From Ophelia neglecta (lineage: Eukaryota): a stretch of DNA of 64,000 bases. Positions 24,817 through 36,800 of this stretch are shown here, piece by piece (position 1 is the first letter of the stretch; each line of letters opens with the position of its first letter). The position numbers and the translations under genes are program-made. The DNA is taken from NCBI GenBank assembly GCA_965285935.1, contig OZ260663.1, positions 50,902,001-50,966,000 on the forward strand, in the 5' to 3' direction. The notes beneath the pieces are model-generated. The model had not been told where the DNA came from. It saw nothing but the letters and a program-made list of their open reading frames with translations, and did not search any database.

Positions 24817-27800
24817 ATGGAACATACCTGGGGATACTGCGAGACTAATGGTAAGTGGCGTTTTATATGTGTATACTAGAAAGACCCGTTCGCTTCGCAC
24901 ACTTTCACCCCACTGGGTATCCTCATTTGCTATGTCAGCCCCCCCCCCCCTCATTCTCCCAGCCTTGCCCGCCCTGTAAAATAAAAATGAAAATACCTTA
25001 TAAAATAAGTAACATTATAACAATTTAAACTTCCTGGTCCTCCCTCTAACCGTAGCCCAAATCTCTTTTTGTTCATTTGCTCAGGAATACACGTCGTAAA
25101 GCGCCAGTAATCAGAGAGCGATTATTTGTGGTATAATTATGTGAATATAAGAAGGAAATTACAGCATCAGTAGTCTGCATGGCAAATAACATTTCGTGGA
25201 ATATTTATTTGGCTTTGTACCTAATGGTTTCAAGTATTAAGTGTCCACATAATGCAACTGATGGGCGAAGCTTCTATATACAGTAATTGATTTCACAATT
25301 AATTTCATAACATCAGTAAATCCTGGTCTCTTCTTTCCTTCGACTCCAGGCCCTGACACTTGGCGCAATGTGATCCCGGCTGCCAAAGGAGCAAGACAAA
25401 GTCCCATCAATATCATGCCCTCCCAAGCCAAGTATGACAAGAGATTAAAGTCGAGACAGTTAAAAGTAACCTTTAAACCTGAGAATTCCACAAAAATCTT
25501 CAACAGCGGTCGTTCAGTCCAGGTTGACATTGACGGTGATGGGTCACGTGAGTACTAAACAGATCTAGGCCTATTGGTAACTATTGTGTGCGCCCGAACG
25601 TATATATGAATATACCCAATTTTGAAGATTAAAGTTTGTTTTTCGCTTTATTCTACCGTAATGAAGTATTAAATTTATAAGCCCATCATGTACATATGCC
25701 ATCGCCTAGTCAAAATTTTCGTTATAGATCCGTATTAAAAACCTAACGTACGTGTTTCATCAGCAAATACTTGGCGACAAACAACGGAAGGTAGATACAT
25801 CATGTCCACAAGATAGACCTTTTTTATTTTAGATTCAGACAAAATTTAATGTGCCATACGACTAAGGCCTTTCTTACATTATTACTTAGAATAGTGCTCT
25901 ATAATTTATTTATGTTTAAATTAGATATTGCGCAAAATTCATGACACGTTCTAATGCGCATAACATTGAGGCGCATATATAAGCCTAAACACATGAAAAA
26001 ATACGGATCATAGATATACTAATAGAAATACAGCTATAAAAAACTCTTGATATATCAGTGGTGGAGGTCGTTACCATTGAAGTCCTTGAAACATAAATAA
26101 TGTATTAATTTTTAGCTATAATAATCTCCATTAATTTATTTTTTCTTACAGTTCTGGAGGGTGGTCCGCTCTTACATCAATACAAAGCAGCCCAATTTCA
26201 CTTTCACTGGGGTAAAACCAGTAATCGTGGGTCGGAACACCGGGTTGACGGGAAAATGTATGCTGCGGAGGTAAACTTAATTCTGACCTGTAACAGATAT
26301 GTTAGCATTTGGAATTGATAACACACTGCATGCACTTGGCCTAAAAAGTTCCTGGATGGTAGGCCTATATGGTCGTCGGACTTCCGCATCGACTTCATCG
26401 GCTAATGCCTCATTTAATAGCGCTAGGAGATGTGCTCTCGTACTGGTGAAAATAGTACTTTTTCATAATCGAAATTCGAACCTTCATACTCAGAATTTAA
26501 GACTCAAAACTCGATAATCAAACTTTTATACTCGAATTTCGAGACTTGATAATGATGGTTACACACGTTTCTTCAATCCATTTTAGGGGCACATCGTTCA
26601 TTACAATTCTGATTTATTCCAAGACGTCGCCGAAGCTGCCAATTCAGAAATTGGGCTGTGTGTACTTGGATATTTTCTAAAAGTGAGTCTGTCCTCTTTT
26701 GATTATAATAACCATACAAGACTTAAAAGGCAGGTGGCTATAGATAAAAAATAGAATATCAGAGACGTTCACTCTTATAAAGGTATAGTGTTATCGTATG
26801 ACACGTTAACGAGCGATCTCTCGTCAGGCTGGTAGAGAGCATCCAGGGTTTGCCAGGCTGGTCCATCTGATTCCCAAAATACAAAAAACTGGCGATTCCT
26901 TAACACTTGAAAAGGGGTTCGACCCCGCCTGCTTACTACCAGGTAAGTATAGAGTTTCTTGCATCTTAAGGGGTTTTTCTAGAAATTGTCCTCATGGGTT
27001 TGGGTGTGGGCGGCATTTTTTCATCTTTGCCCCCTCCCGGCTCCCCCTCCGGAATCACTCAGAATGACACGTCCCCAACCCCCGGACACATAGACTAATT
27101 AAACTGCCTACCCCCGGACTACACGCTTCCAGCAGACAAATTTCAAAATTAGCTTTATTCAAATGAGCAGTGACTATTATCAGCATTTCTCTTTTAGGTT
27201 GGCTTAGACTTAAGATCACATTTTAAGTCACCATTGGAATTGAAAAGTACATCTCAATAGACAATATGTCGCAAAGTTATTCCGACGTGAATTGGTGAGA
27301 ATGGCAGTGGATTTCTGGGTCTGATCATTTGCAGGGCAAGAGGGTCTCATCCGGTACATATGTAGCTCCAAGGAAAAACAGAATCTGAAATTTATTCCGG
27401 AGGGGAGATTTTCTTATTGTTAATGAGGATGGAGATCGGCATTATTCGTCGAGGTCCGGAAAGGGTAAGATTCGGATGTAGATTGCCTCACACCCCTCCT
27501 CCCCGAGAACAATCCACACCTCCTCTCTGAGGACAATCCAACCCTCCTCCCTGAGGACAATCCACCCCTCCTCCCCGAGAACAATCTACCCCTCCTCTCT
27601 GAAGACAATCCAACCCTCCTCCCTGAGGACAGTTCAAATTTCCTCCATCCACCCTGAAGACAATCCACCCCTCCTCCCTGATCGAGGACAATCTCAGAAA
27701 AAATCCTGATTAAAACAACACAACATTTCTTAATTCGTCTGAGTTTTATATGACATGTATACATTACTTTAATATGTAATGGATTGAACATGGGACACTG

Positions 27801-28299
27801 ATGTACCTTTTTTGCCCTCCCCAGCTAACACCAGAGACTACTGGACCTATCAGGGTTCGCTGACAACCCCACCTTGTTTGGAGTCCGTCACGTGGGTGGT
27901 CTTTAAAGAGCCCATTGAAGTTTCCGAACAACAGGTATAGGGGAGGATTGTGAAAGTGAAGACTTGCAGCAATGGCCAGCACTTCTCGAGCATATATGAT
28001 TTGTACATTTTACGACATTATAAAATGAAAGGAAGATATATAAAGATAAAGATGCTCATCTTTGAGTTCAGTGATTCAAGTGTAGTTCACTTGTCCAACT
28101 ATATATGTATACAGGCTATATTAATTTATTAAGAAAGAGAATCATTTTATGTTTTCAGCTTAATTCGCTGAGGTCATTGAAGCTTACCCGAGCCAAGGAC
28201 GTTGGGCCCAATATCGAGCAACATGATGAGATAGTAGAAAATTACCGACCGCCACTTCCTCTTGGAAACAGACTACTACGGGCGTCCTTCCCGCAATAA
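24817..28299 (+). CDS. Cytosolic alpha-carbonic anhydrase, paralog B (His64->Arg variant), 7 coding exons, 270 aa
   Basis: Exons 24817-24850, 25350-25547, 26152-26270, 26587-26682, 26828-26942, 27825-27934, 28159-28299; exon lengths identical to CA-A (34/198/119/96/115/110/141). Protein MEHTWGYC...RQSPINI...NSGRSVQV...QFHFHWG...GSEH...AEGHIVH...[13 protein letters not shown]...[11 protein letters not shown]...SFPQ. 63 of 270 residues differ from CA-A by manual count. Confidence 0.97.
26970..27706. mobile_element. Non-autonomous TIR element (Kolobok-like) in CA-B intron 5
   Basis: Left end TTAA|ggggtttttctagaaattgtcctc; right end gaggacaatctcagaaaaaatcc is its imperfect reverse complement. 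The right flank is degenerate (tgattaa). Confidence 0.55.
27491..27694. repeat. 24-bp minisatellite (~8 copies)
   Basis: Unit ~cacccctcctccctgaggacaatc; the first six copies repeat as 2 x 3 variants. It explains the spurious ORFs 27420-27791 and 27488-27691. Confidence 0.9.
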
Positions 28300-28518
28300 T
28301 TAATAGACTTACTATAAGTGCACATACTAAAAATTTCTGTAGGCCAAGTTAACTGATCTGTAAGATTTGTGACGGATATTTAAGCCTTAACTGTTAGTAA
28401 TTAAGTATTTTAGTGATTACATAATGACACAAGGTCCCTCCATAGTCTTTCCGCTGATCACTTAATAGTTAATATGTGTAATGTTAAAATGGCATTGTTC
28501 ATATATTAACGTAAAACA

Positions 28519-28524
28519 AATAAA
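28519..28524 (+). terminator. Candidate polyadenylation signal of CA-B
   Basis: AATAAA 220 nt after the stop codon, followed by GT/T-rich sequence (ggtgttttt). Confidence 0.55.
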
Positions 28525-30659
28525 ATACCAATTTATATGGTGTTTTCCAATTTGAGTTTTGCAAAAAACATGTATCTTAACGCATGTATGATGGCTTGTA
28601 GATTCCATTTAATTCTTTGCCAGTAATACCGGCCGAATGTGTAAGCCTTATACTACTCTAGTGTTGTACACTTGTATATATTTTAATAACATGTAACGTT
28701 ACTATGTTATTACAGAAAATATTTGGTTACAATATATGTTTCTACAAGTTAAACACACGTGTTCAGGTGTGGAATATTTACAACCAACCTAATATTATTG
28801 GAGTATGCCGTTTTCACATAGAACCCATTGCAAATGACGTGTCCTACATTCATTGGTAAATCGGTTCGGTTGGCGTCATAAGCGAATGTCCGTTTATTGG
28901 CCCAAAACCAAGTGCCGCTTGGTAAATTATATCTAGCTAGTGATGTCACACAATGCTCATAGCCCAGTGATCAGCCGGTGATAGCCATGGAAGTTGCTAA
29001 ACTTTACTGGCAGGTAAGGGATAAAGGGAATGTCCATAATAACAATGATACAGATTTATCTGGCTTAGATATAAAGAGAGTGGTCAAATGGGAAAGGTAA
29101 ATATTTATGCTCTTGCACGCCCCCCCCCCCCCCCCCCCCCCTATTTCTGGACCTACGCAAGGTGGTTTCAGATGGCTCGTACCGAGGATAATCCAGATAT
29201 TGGCATTCTCAACTTTGGAAAATTTGCCCCCCCCTTCCTGAAATGCTGGATCGCTACTGTTGACGGTGGGGTTTCCCCTGCTACTCAAGTCGTATTCATA
29301 GAGCTGCCTCTAGTACTCAGTAGAGCTACGTTTCTCCAGGTGACGTAGCTCATTGTGATATATTGACTGATCTGCATGTTGCTTATTAAATATTTGTATA
29401 TATAATTACCGTATATTGGATACTTGAAATGTTGTTTAATTTTGGTCTTTAAGATTGTTGGTTTCATAGTGCCTTACTTGAAAACATACACAAGTGGAGA
29501 AATCGCAAAAAAGGAAATAGAAAATTTAGATAAATGGATGATCGAGGGACAGCAGCGTAAGTCCATCAGGGTTCAGAGTCAATCATGGATGGTCGGGGAA
29601 AAAAGCAATAGTCATCATCATACAAAATTAAACCAATCATATCAAATTGCACATAATTAAGAACAGTCTCCATGGGCGTGTTATGTGGGATTATGTATTG
29701 GTTAATGCCCAGTTTTTTTAGGCAGTTCAAATATACAAAATAAGCTGTGGGAAGTATCTTCTACCGAGGATTAGCCAAAAAACATGTTTTAACCTATTTT
29801 TAGTAAGTTTCACGTGGAAACCCTAGGCTTTGCGAATTGTTCACAGTTAGAATCTACCCACAAGATGTTTGTTTTTTGAATATGAATAATAACTTTGAAT
29901 AGGTTCAGTTTTATATGTGCCTTAATTATTCCTAGATGTATTGGGGTATCCCCTTACTTGATAAATGTGGGGTTTACCTATGTTTTTTTGCCTCAAAGAA
30001 AGCGTTAATAGGAATGTCCACCTTAACTTTATTATTTTCCTTAGAATTAATAATCTGTTAGTACGCCTCGTATCTAACGTACAGCTCCTCCCTCCTCAGC
30101 TTCTACATGCAAGACGTAGTAAAGCAACAGTATAGTCTTCGGTGGCATAACAAGGTTATCCTTTTGAACTGATTTGATTTGGTAATACATGTATCAGTAT
30201 TGTTGTGTGGTCTCACACTAGTTGTATTCTTATTGAACAGTCATATGTTTTGCCCCCCCCCCCCTCTCACTTTTGAATATGAGTAAAATTTTTCACACGA
30301 TTTCCTCAATATTCCATGTATTATCGTTTTGAATTTGGAGTATATCGTAAACCTAAATTATCTTTCCCGACCCCCACCTCCGAATCATGATTTTTCCCTT
30401 ATGCCGCTGATGTACAGTTGCCCCCCCCCCTCCGCCCCCCCCCCCCCCCACTTTGATTTTCCTTCCTACGCCTCTGCTGAAGTGCGTCTGGAAACTCGAG
30501 ATTGTGACCAGATCGGCCAATGTATTGTTAGTTGATTAGATTGGGGAATATTCCTGTCTTCTTGGGTGTAAGACAATGTGTAATTTATGGATATTTCTTC
30601 AGTTTTCAGAATTTGGCGATGCTATCAGAGTAGTACCCCTATTGAGCTATAGACCGATA

Positions 30660-30890
30660 ACGCGTGAAACGTATGCAGTTTTGCTACTACTATAGGGTAA
30701 CATTTTCTACGACACCACAATTCATCGAACTGAAAGCGAGGCTTCCCTTGACATTCCAGCAAACAAGTTTTCGCGAGAGACCACATATGAAATCATTCCA
30801 TATTAGATAATTTGGAAACTATTAAAGTATGCAGCTAAAACACATGAAAACACTTCTTCCACCCCAGGTAAGGTTTCACTGTAGCAACTG
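30660..30890 (+). promoter_or_regulatory. Putative IFT172 promoter region
   Basis: CpG-containing patch just before the ATG with RFX/X-box half-sites (GGTAAC 30696-30701; GTTTCACTGTAGCAAC 30873-30888), a forkhead-type GCAAACA (30759) and TTTCGCGAGA (30769-30778, one mismatch to TCTCGCGAGA). Confidence 0.45.
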
Positions 30891-33800
30891 TCACATACGG
30901 GAATTAGTTATAAATGCCTTAAACTTGGACATGTAATGTAATATTTACGGCCGTCTGTGTTGTTGGCCAAGCACCTGCAGGGACCAGACAGGACCTGGTT
31001 ACCACGGGGGGGGGGGGGGGGGGGGCACTAAATCTGGAAATTGGTACATATGTGCCACCCAGTCTTCAAATTACAGGCGCAAACTCCACAAAATTGCTGA
31101 AAACAGGGGTCGATATTCTACAATTCAGCCAGATATAGGGGTCAAAATTCTATTTTTCAACCAAATATAAGGGTCAAAATTCTACATTTCAATCAAAAGT
31201 CGTACATATGCTAAAAACAGGGGTCGAAATTCTACATGTAGGTTAAAAACAGGGGGTCGAAATTCTACATAGGTCGAAAAAGGGGGGTCGAAACGGCGGC
31301 ACATATGTAATAACCTCGGTATACAGAGTGCCCCCCCCCCCCCCGGCCCACAGGCCAAGGGTTATAGTCCCAAATGATTGGACCTCTTATGGGTGTATTG
31401 TACAGATGGCCACCCTTAGCTCCAAATTGGACCTCTAATGCTGCTAATGGGCCAGATATCGTCACTCTTAAAAATGTTGACTCTGTAACGCCCAATCGTA
31501 CTGTAATATTATGGGATTTTTTCTATACGCAAGCTTCAAGGGGTATGCTGTTACCCAAAGTGTGTTGACTTTGGTGTAAGGTTGGCAGGAGTTTCTCATG
31601 GCAGACTGAATCCAGAACCGCAATATGCATGCCACATGTCAGTAAAATAGAATAATTTAGCATGTATCGTGATTCGTATTGTATTGAGCAAGGCTAAACA
31701 ATATCCATCACTATTGAAAATGACATTTTGCCTAGCTCCCATCTTGCAAGGCATCAATTTTTTCTCAATTTTTATTTAAAAAAGATGCCATTTTCCATTT
31801 TGCATAATGCCATTGATTTCTTAATTTCTATCCCTGTATAGAAGTTGTCACATTAGCCTTTCTACCCCTGCCCTATATTGATCAATAACCTGGGCATGGC
31901 TTGATCGAGGCATGTTTGTTATATATAATATTTGTACTTGTATAAATTAGTGTCCAGTGGTTTCAATACTAGCTGGTAGCCAAATAATTTTGCAACTTAC
32001 TTCCCAACAGTATCTGGCTATTTTTCCCTAAATTATCCTAACATTACATTTCTTTTACAGATTGGGCTAGGGACATTTCCCCTTACATTTATGAAATCTC
32101 CTTCTACTTGAAAGTTATTGAAACCACTGATCATCCATTTTAATGAATGCTTCTTATGCTAGATTGTTTATTGTATTACATGATTATCATAGCATGTACT
32201 TCTCACTACTGGTATCAGAGTTAATTAATTAATTTTCTTTTTAATTAACCCATTGCCCCATTGCATGGACCAGATACCAGAGAATGTAAGATCCAGTTTG
32301 GTGGTTTGCAGTGTCACAAATGTCTAATTAAAATTTCACCTTTCACTTTATTCTTTCCTTTCAAAAACTTTTTGATTTTAGTCAATTATAGGGATCTCTC
32401 TAGGTTTGTTATGATATAGTGTATGTGTGCATCACTCACATTCAAATCAGATAGGTGTCAAGATATTTACTGAGTATGTAGAGTCACAAATGTATTTATG
32501 CGAGTATATTTTATAATTTTTTAACAACAGCTACATGTTGCTGACTCCTAGCGCATGAACACCAGTAGTAGTAGTCTTTTCTCCATGTTAAATAGGCTAC
32601 CTACTTTGTAAAAAGAATCTGCATTAATTATTCAAAATATAAGTCATCTACTTAATTTGTCAAATGAAAAATTGTTTCTGTTTGCTTAGTTTACATATAC
32701 TGGCCAATTCCAGCATTGTCCCACTACAGACTTGTTGTGCGGTGGAAGACACGGATGATAGGAGCTGTTTTGACTAATAAGAATGTTGTTTACATTGATA
32801 ATTTTTTATTCTTTAATAGAAACTTTTTGTGTCCTGTCAATTTTCCCTGTGCACATGATTTCCTTGACAGAGAGCACTAGGAAATTGGTTTCTACACATG
32901 TAAGATATACATGTAAATCTAGTTACTTCACTTTATGTAGATATAACTGTTTAATTTGAAATTCTCCAAGATTCCCATTTCATATTGAAATCAAAGATTT
33001 ATTTTTGAGAGCACAATTTATTGATGTCAATGATGGCCACAAAACACCAGCACACTATCTCATCTCTAGGAATAGATAGGGAAACACCAATCAGATGAAA
33101 AAATTCTTCCGTGTTCTTCCTTTCATCTAGCCGTCCAGAGTTGCTTCTTTATGTTCAAATTCCTGTATTATTAGACCAGTTTGTTAAATTTACTAGTATC
33201 AATGTCAAAGTATAGTTTTTTTCTTCTGCATGACAATTTGACTATGTTTATGACAGCTTTATTCTACCGATAAAGATGTATGATGTTGTCCTACAGATCT
33301 TGTAAATTTTCCTCATGTACCATTTTTACACAATTATTCCTCATGCACCATTTTAACATTTTTTTCCTCATGCACCATTGAAACATCTATCTCTATGCAT
33401 TGTTCCTATAAGAACAAGCTTATACTTTGTATTTAATTCACAGCAAACCATTCTGTTTAATAGACTAGTACTCATTTGTTTAAAATAGGAGGGGGCAGCA
33501 AAGATATGTGCCATGACATGGTCCCAAAACAATGCCAAGCTGGCTGTTTGCACTTATGATAGAGTTGTGGTATTGTATGATGAACAAGGAGAGAGAAGAG
33601 ACAAGTTTGCGACCAAGCCATCTGATGCTAAGGTAATACATGCACTGTACCAAATCATTGAAACGATGGAATTTGTATGTGAAACTTGGCTGCATCTAAG
33701 AATTATTAAAAGCAAATTATTGTATATTTTTTTGCTCAAATTCTATTCAATTACTAAATAATTATTTTTTTTTATTCTTGTACATGTATGCACAATCATA

Positions 33801-36800
33801 AAAAGTGAAATTTATCCATTCTTGCACAAAACACTTGAAAACAGAATGTTAACTGTGCAATATACTTATATTATATGATATTTTGATTTCTAAACAGTAT
33901 GGGAAGAAGAGCTATATGGTCAAAGGGCTTGCCTTTTCTCCAGACTCTACCAAAATTGCAATTGGCCAGACAGACAATATCATCTTTGTGTATAAAATTG
34001 GAGAAGAGTGGTAAGGATATGCTTGTAAACAATTTTTGTGTTCTGATATAGTCATGTTAATGTTGAGCATTTGCATGATGCCATTCTGTAGGTTAAGCTA
34101 TCATATAAATGAATTGAAAGGAATTGCACATTTCAGTGTATCTTGTAGGTGTATACTATGGAAAGTAAAAAATAACTACATTTTTGTATTAATGGAAATT
34201 GAACATACCTAAACTTGTCATTTGGAAGATGTCCTGGCTTTCATGAAACTCTTCCTGTTCACAGGGGTGACAAGAAAACCATTTGTAATAAATTTGTACA
34301 GCAGAGTGCTGTTACATGCCTTATATGGCCACCAGATCAGCAGATAATCTACGGCACAGCAGACGGGAAAGTCAGGATGGCCAACATCAAGACCAACAAG
34401 TCATCAACAATCTATAACACAGACTCCTATGTTGTCTCGGTAACAATGAAGTAGGTCACTCTAGTTTACAGTTAACTATGCCAATGTGTCAACAGTTTGT
34501 TTTCCATAATAATGTACATACACCTTTGCTTGATGGTAAAGTATGTTCACAAGCTAAATTGTGAATTGTTTGTATTTTAGTCCATCTGGGAAAGGAATTT
34601 TATCAGGACATGCTGATGGATCGATTGTGAGATTTTTCTTTGATGACGAGGGCTCTGGAGATTCACAGGTAAAGTGTTTAGTCTCAGTGTTAACCTGAAT
34701 TAATCACTATTATATAATATATATATAAAAAAAAAAATTTAATAATAATATTTTTTCGTGTGAACTAAGGGTTTTCATTGCTGACCACAAATTACTAGTA
34801 GACTTTACGTATATAATTTTTACAATCCATTAAATGTGTAAAGGACAGACACATGTATTATTTATTAACTGATTTTCAGGGCAAACTCTGTGTGCATCCT
34901 TGCCCTCCCTATGCTTTGGCCTGGGCAACCAACTCCATCGTAGCAGGGGGCTGTGACAAGAGGATATTTGCCTACCAGCGAGATGGCCGTATCATGCAGC
35001 AGTTTGATTACAGCCGCGAGGATGACGAACACGAATTCACTACCGCAACTTGCAGTCCTAGTGGCCAGTCTGTTGTTGTGGGCAGTTATGATAGGTAACA
35101 TCGTTTAGAAAATATCTCTAAATAGTTTGCTTTAAGTATATGAAATGTGTCATATATACAAATAAGTGTGGAATCATTTAAGCAATGTAGTGGTAACTTG
35201 TACACTCAAGAAATATCTATAGTACCATATTCCAGCCATTGAGGCCAATGTCAGACAGATAGACTGATTTTAGTATAAAATGGGCATGTCTAGTTAACTT
35301 TTAGGTAAACTAGTCCAATAATAAGGTGGGACATAAGATACCTCAGTCTTGTAAAGAAAGGGTTTGTCTCGCAACCTGATGTTATAATTGTTTTTTAGGT
35401 TAAGAGTGTTTAACTGGAGTCCCCGTAAGGCAATGTGGGATGAGGCCAGAGCCAAGGAGATCTCCAATCTGTACACTATCACCGCACTGGCCTGGAAGAA
35501 AGATGGCTCCCGACTGACTGCTGTATGTCTGCATTCTTTTTGATTCTTTCATTTCTTGACCACATGGTTTAACTGGTATTCCTGTTTTGTGCAAATAACT
35601 AGAACTGATATTTGATTTTATTTCTACAGGGCACTTTGTGTGGTGGTGTGGAGTTGTTTGACTGTTGTCTGCGGAGATCAGTCTACAAGAACAAATTTGA
35701 AATGACTTATGTGGGACTCAGCCAAGTAAGCTATAAGAAATAAGAAAAGTGAATAAAGATTAAATTGCAAAATTCATCCAACTTAAATTTGTCAACTGGA
35801 TAGAAGCTTTACCACTGGAAAGGCAGTTCTATAGTCATCCACATCAAATTTTATGGAAATACCTTAATTATAAGATTTCTATGGAATGTTTTAAATGTTG
35901 TTAACTTTTAAGTATTATCCCTCCTTAAGGCCGGTTAACAGGCCCAAGTGCCATATTTGGAGCTTTCAAACTTTGAATATCCATATTAAGATAATTTCCA
36001 AATGAATAGTCATGGTTTCAGCAGGGCCAAGTATTGCCCATCTTGTATTAGTAGTATTGACGAATGAATCAGATATGTTGCTTATGCATATAATTTATAT
36101 ACCATATTGTTTAACAAGTATTGCGATATGTATAGTATCGGGTAAGAACGGGCTAAACACTATACATTACTACCTTGTATATCATTGTGTGGTTGTGATT
36201 TGTTGTTTAGGTTATAGTGAAGAACCTGTCGACGGGGACCCGTGTGATTCTCAAGTCATTCTACGGCTACGAGATAGACGAGGTGAAGATAATGGGCAAT
36301 GACCGCTACCTGGTGGCCCACACATCTGACACTCTCATGCTGGGCGATCTGCAGTCCACTAAGCTTAGTGAGGTAAACCAACAATAATCAGACTTAGTTT
36401 TCTGGGGGGACTTAGTGGTGATATTAGGAATAGTGTCTGAACGTACATTTGTAATATTTAATGCGTTTGCATCATGCCTCTAAAATATTGATTACTCTGA
36501 AGGAGCATTAAATCAACATCCGAATGATCCAAATTAATTGTGGTATATACCATGTGTTGTGTTTATTTTTTAAATGTATTAATTTTTGTACAATGATTAT
36601 ATATAGCTACATGTACATCAAATTAAAGAAATTGGCTCTATGGTTTAGATGTTCTGGGTGTCTATGCGGTGCATCATTTGTCACATTTAACAATTTGGAC
36701 TCGTCCTTTATTCAGGTTCCATGGCAAGGATCTGGAGGAAATGAGAAATACTACTTTGACAATGAAAGTGTAAGTAGCATCCAGATATTTGGTTTTGTAA

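Noticed and set aside
27420-27791. Repetitive-protein ORFs (GGGVDC / GRRGGLSS repeats)
   Set aside because: These are translations of the 24-bp minisatellite inside a CA-B intron.
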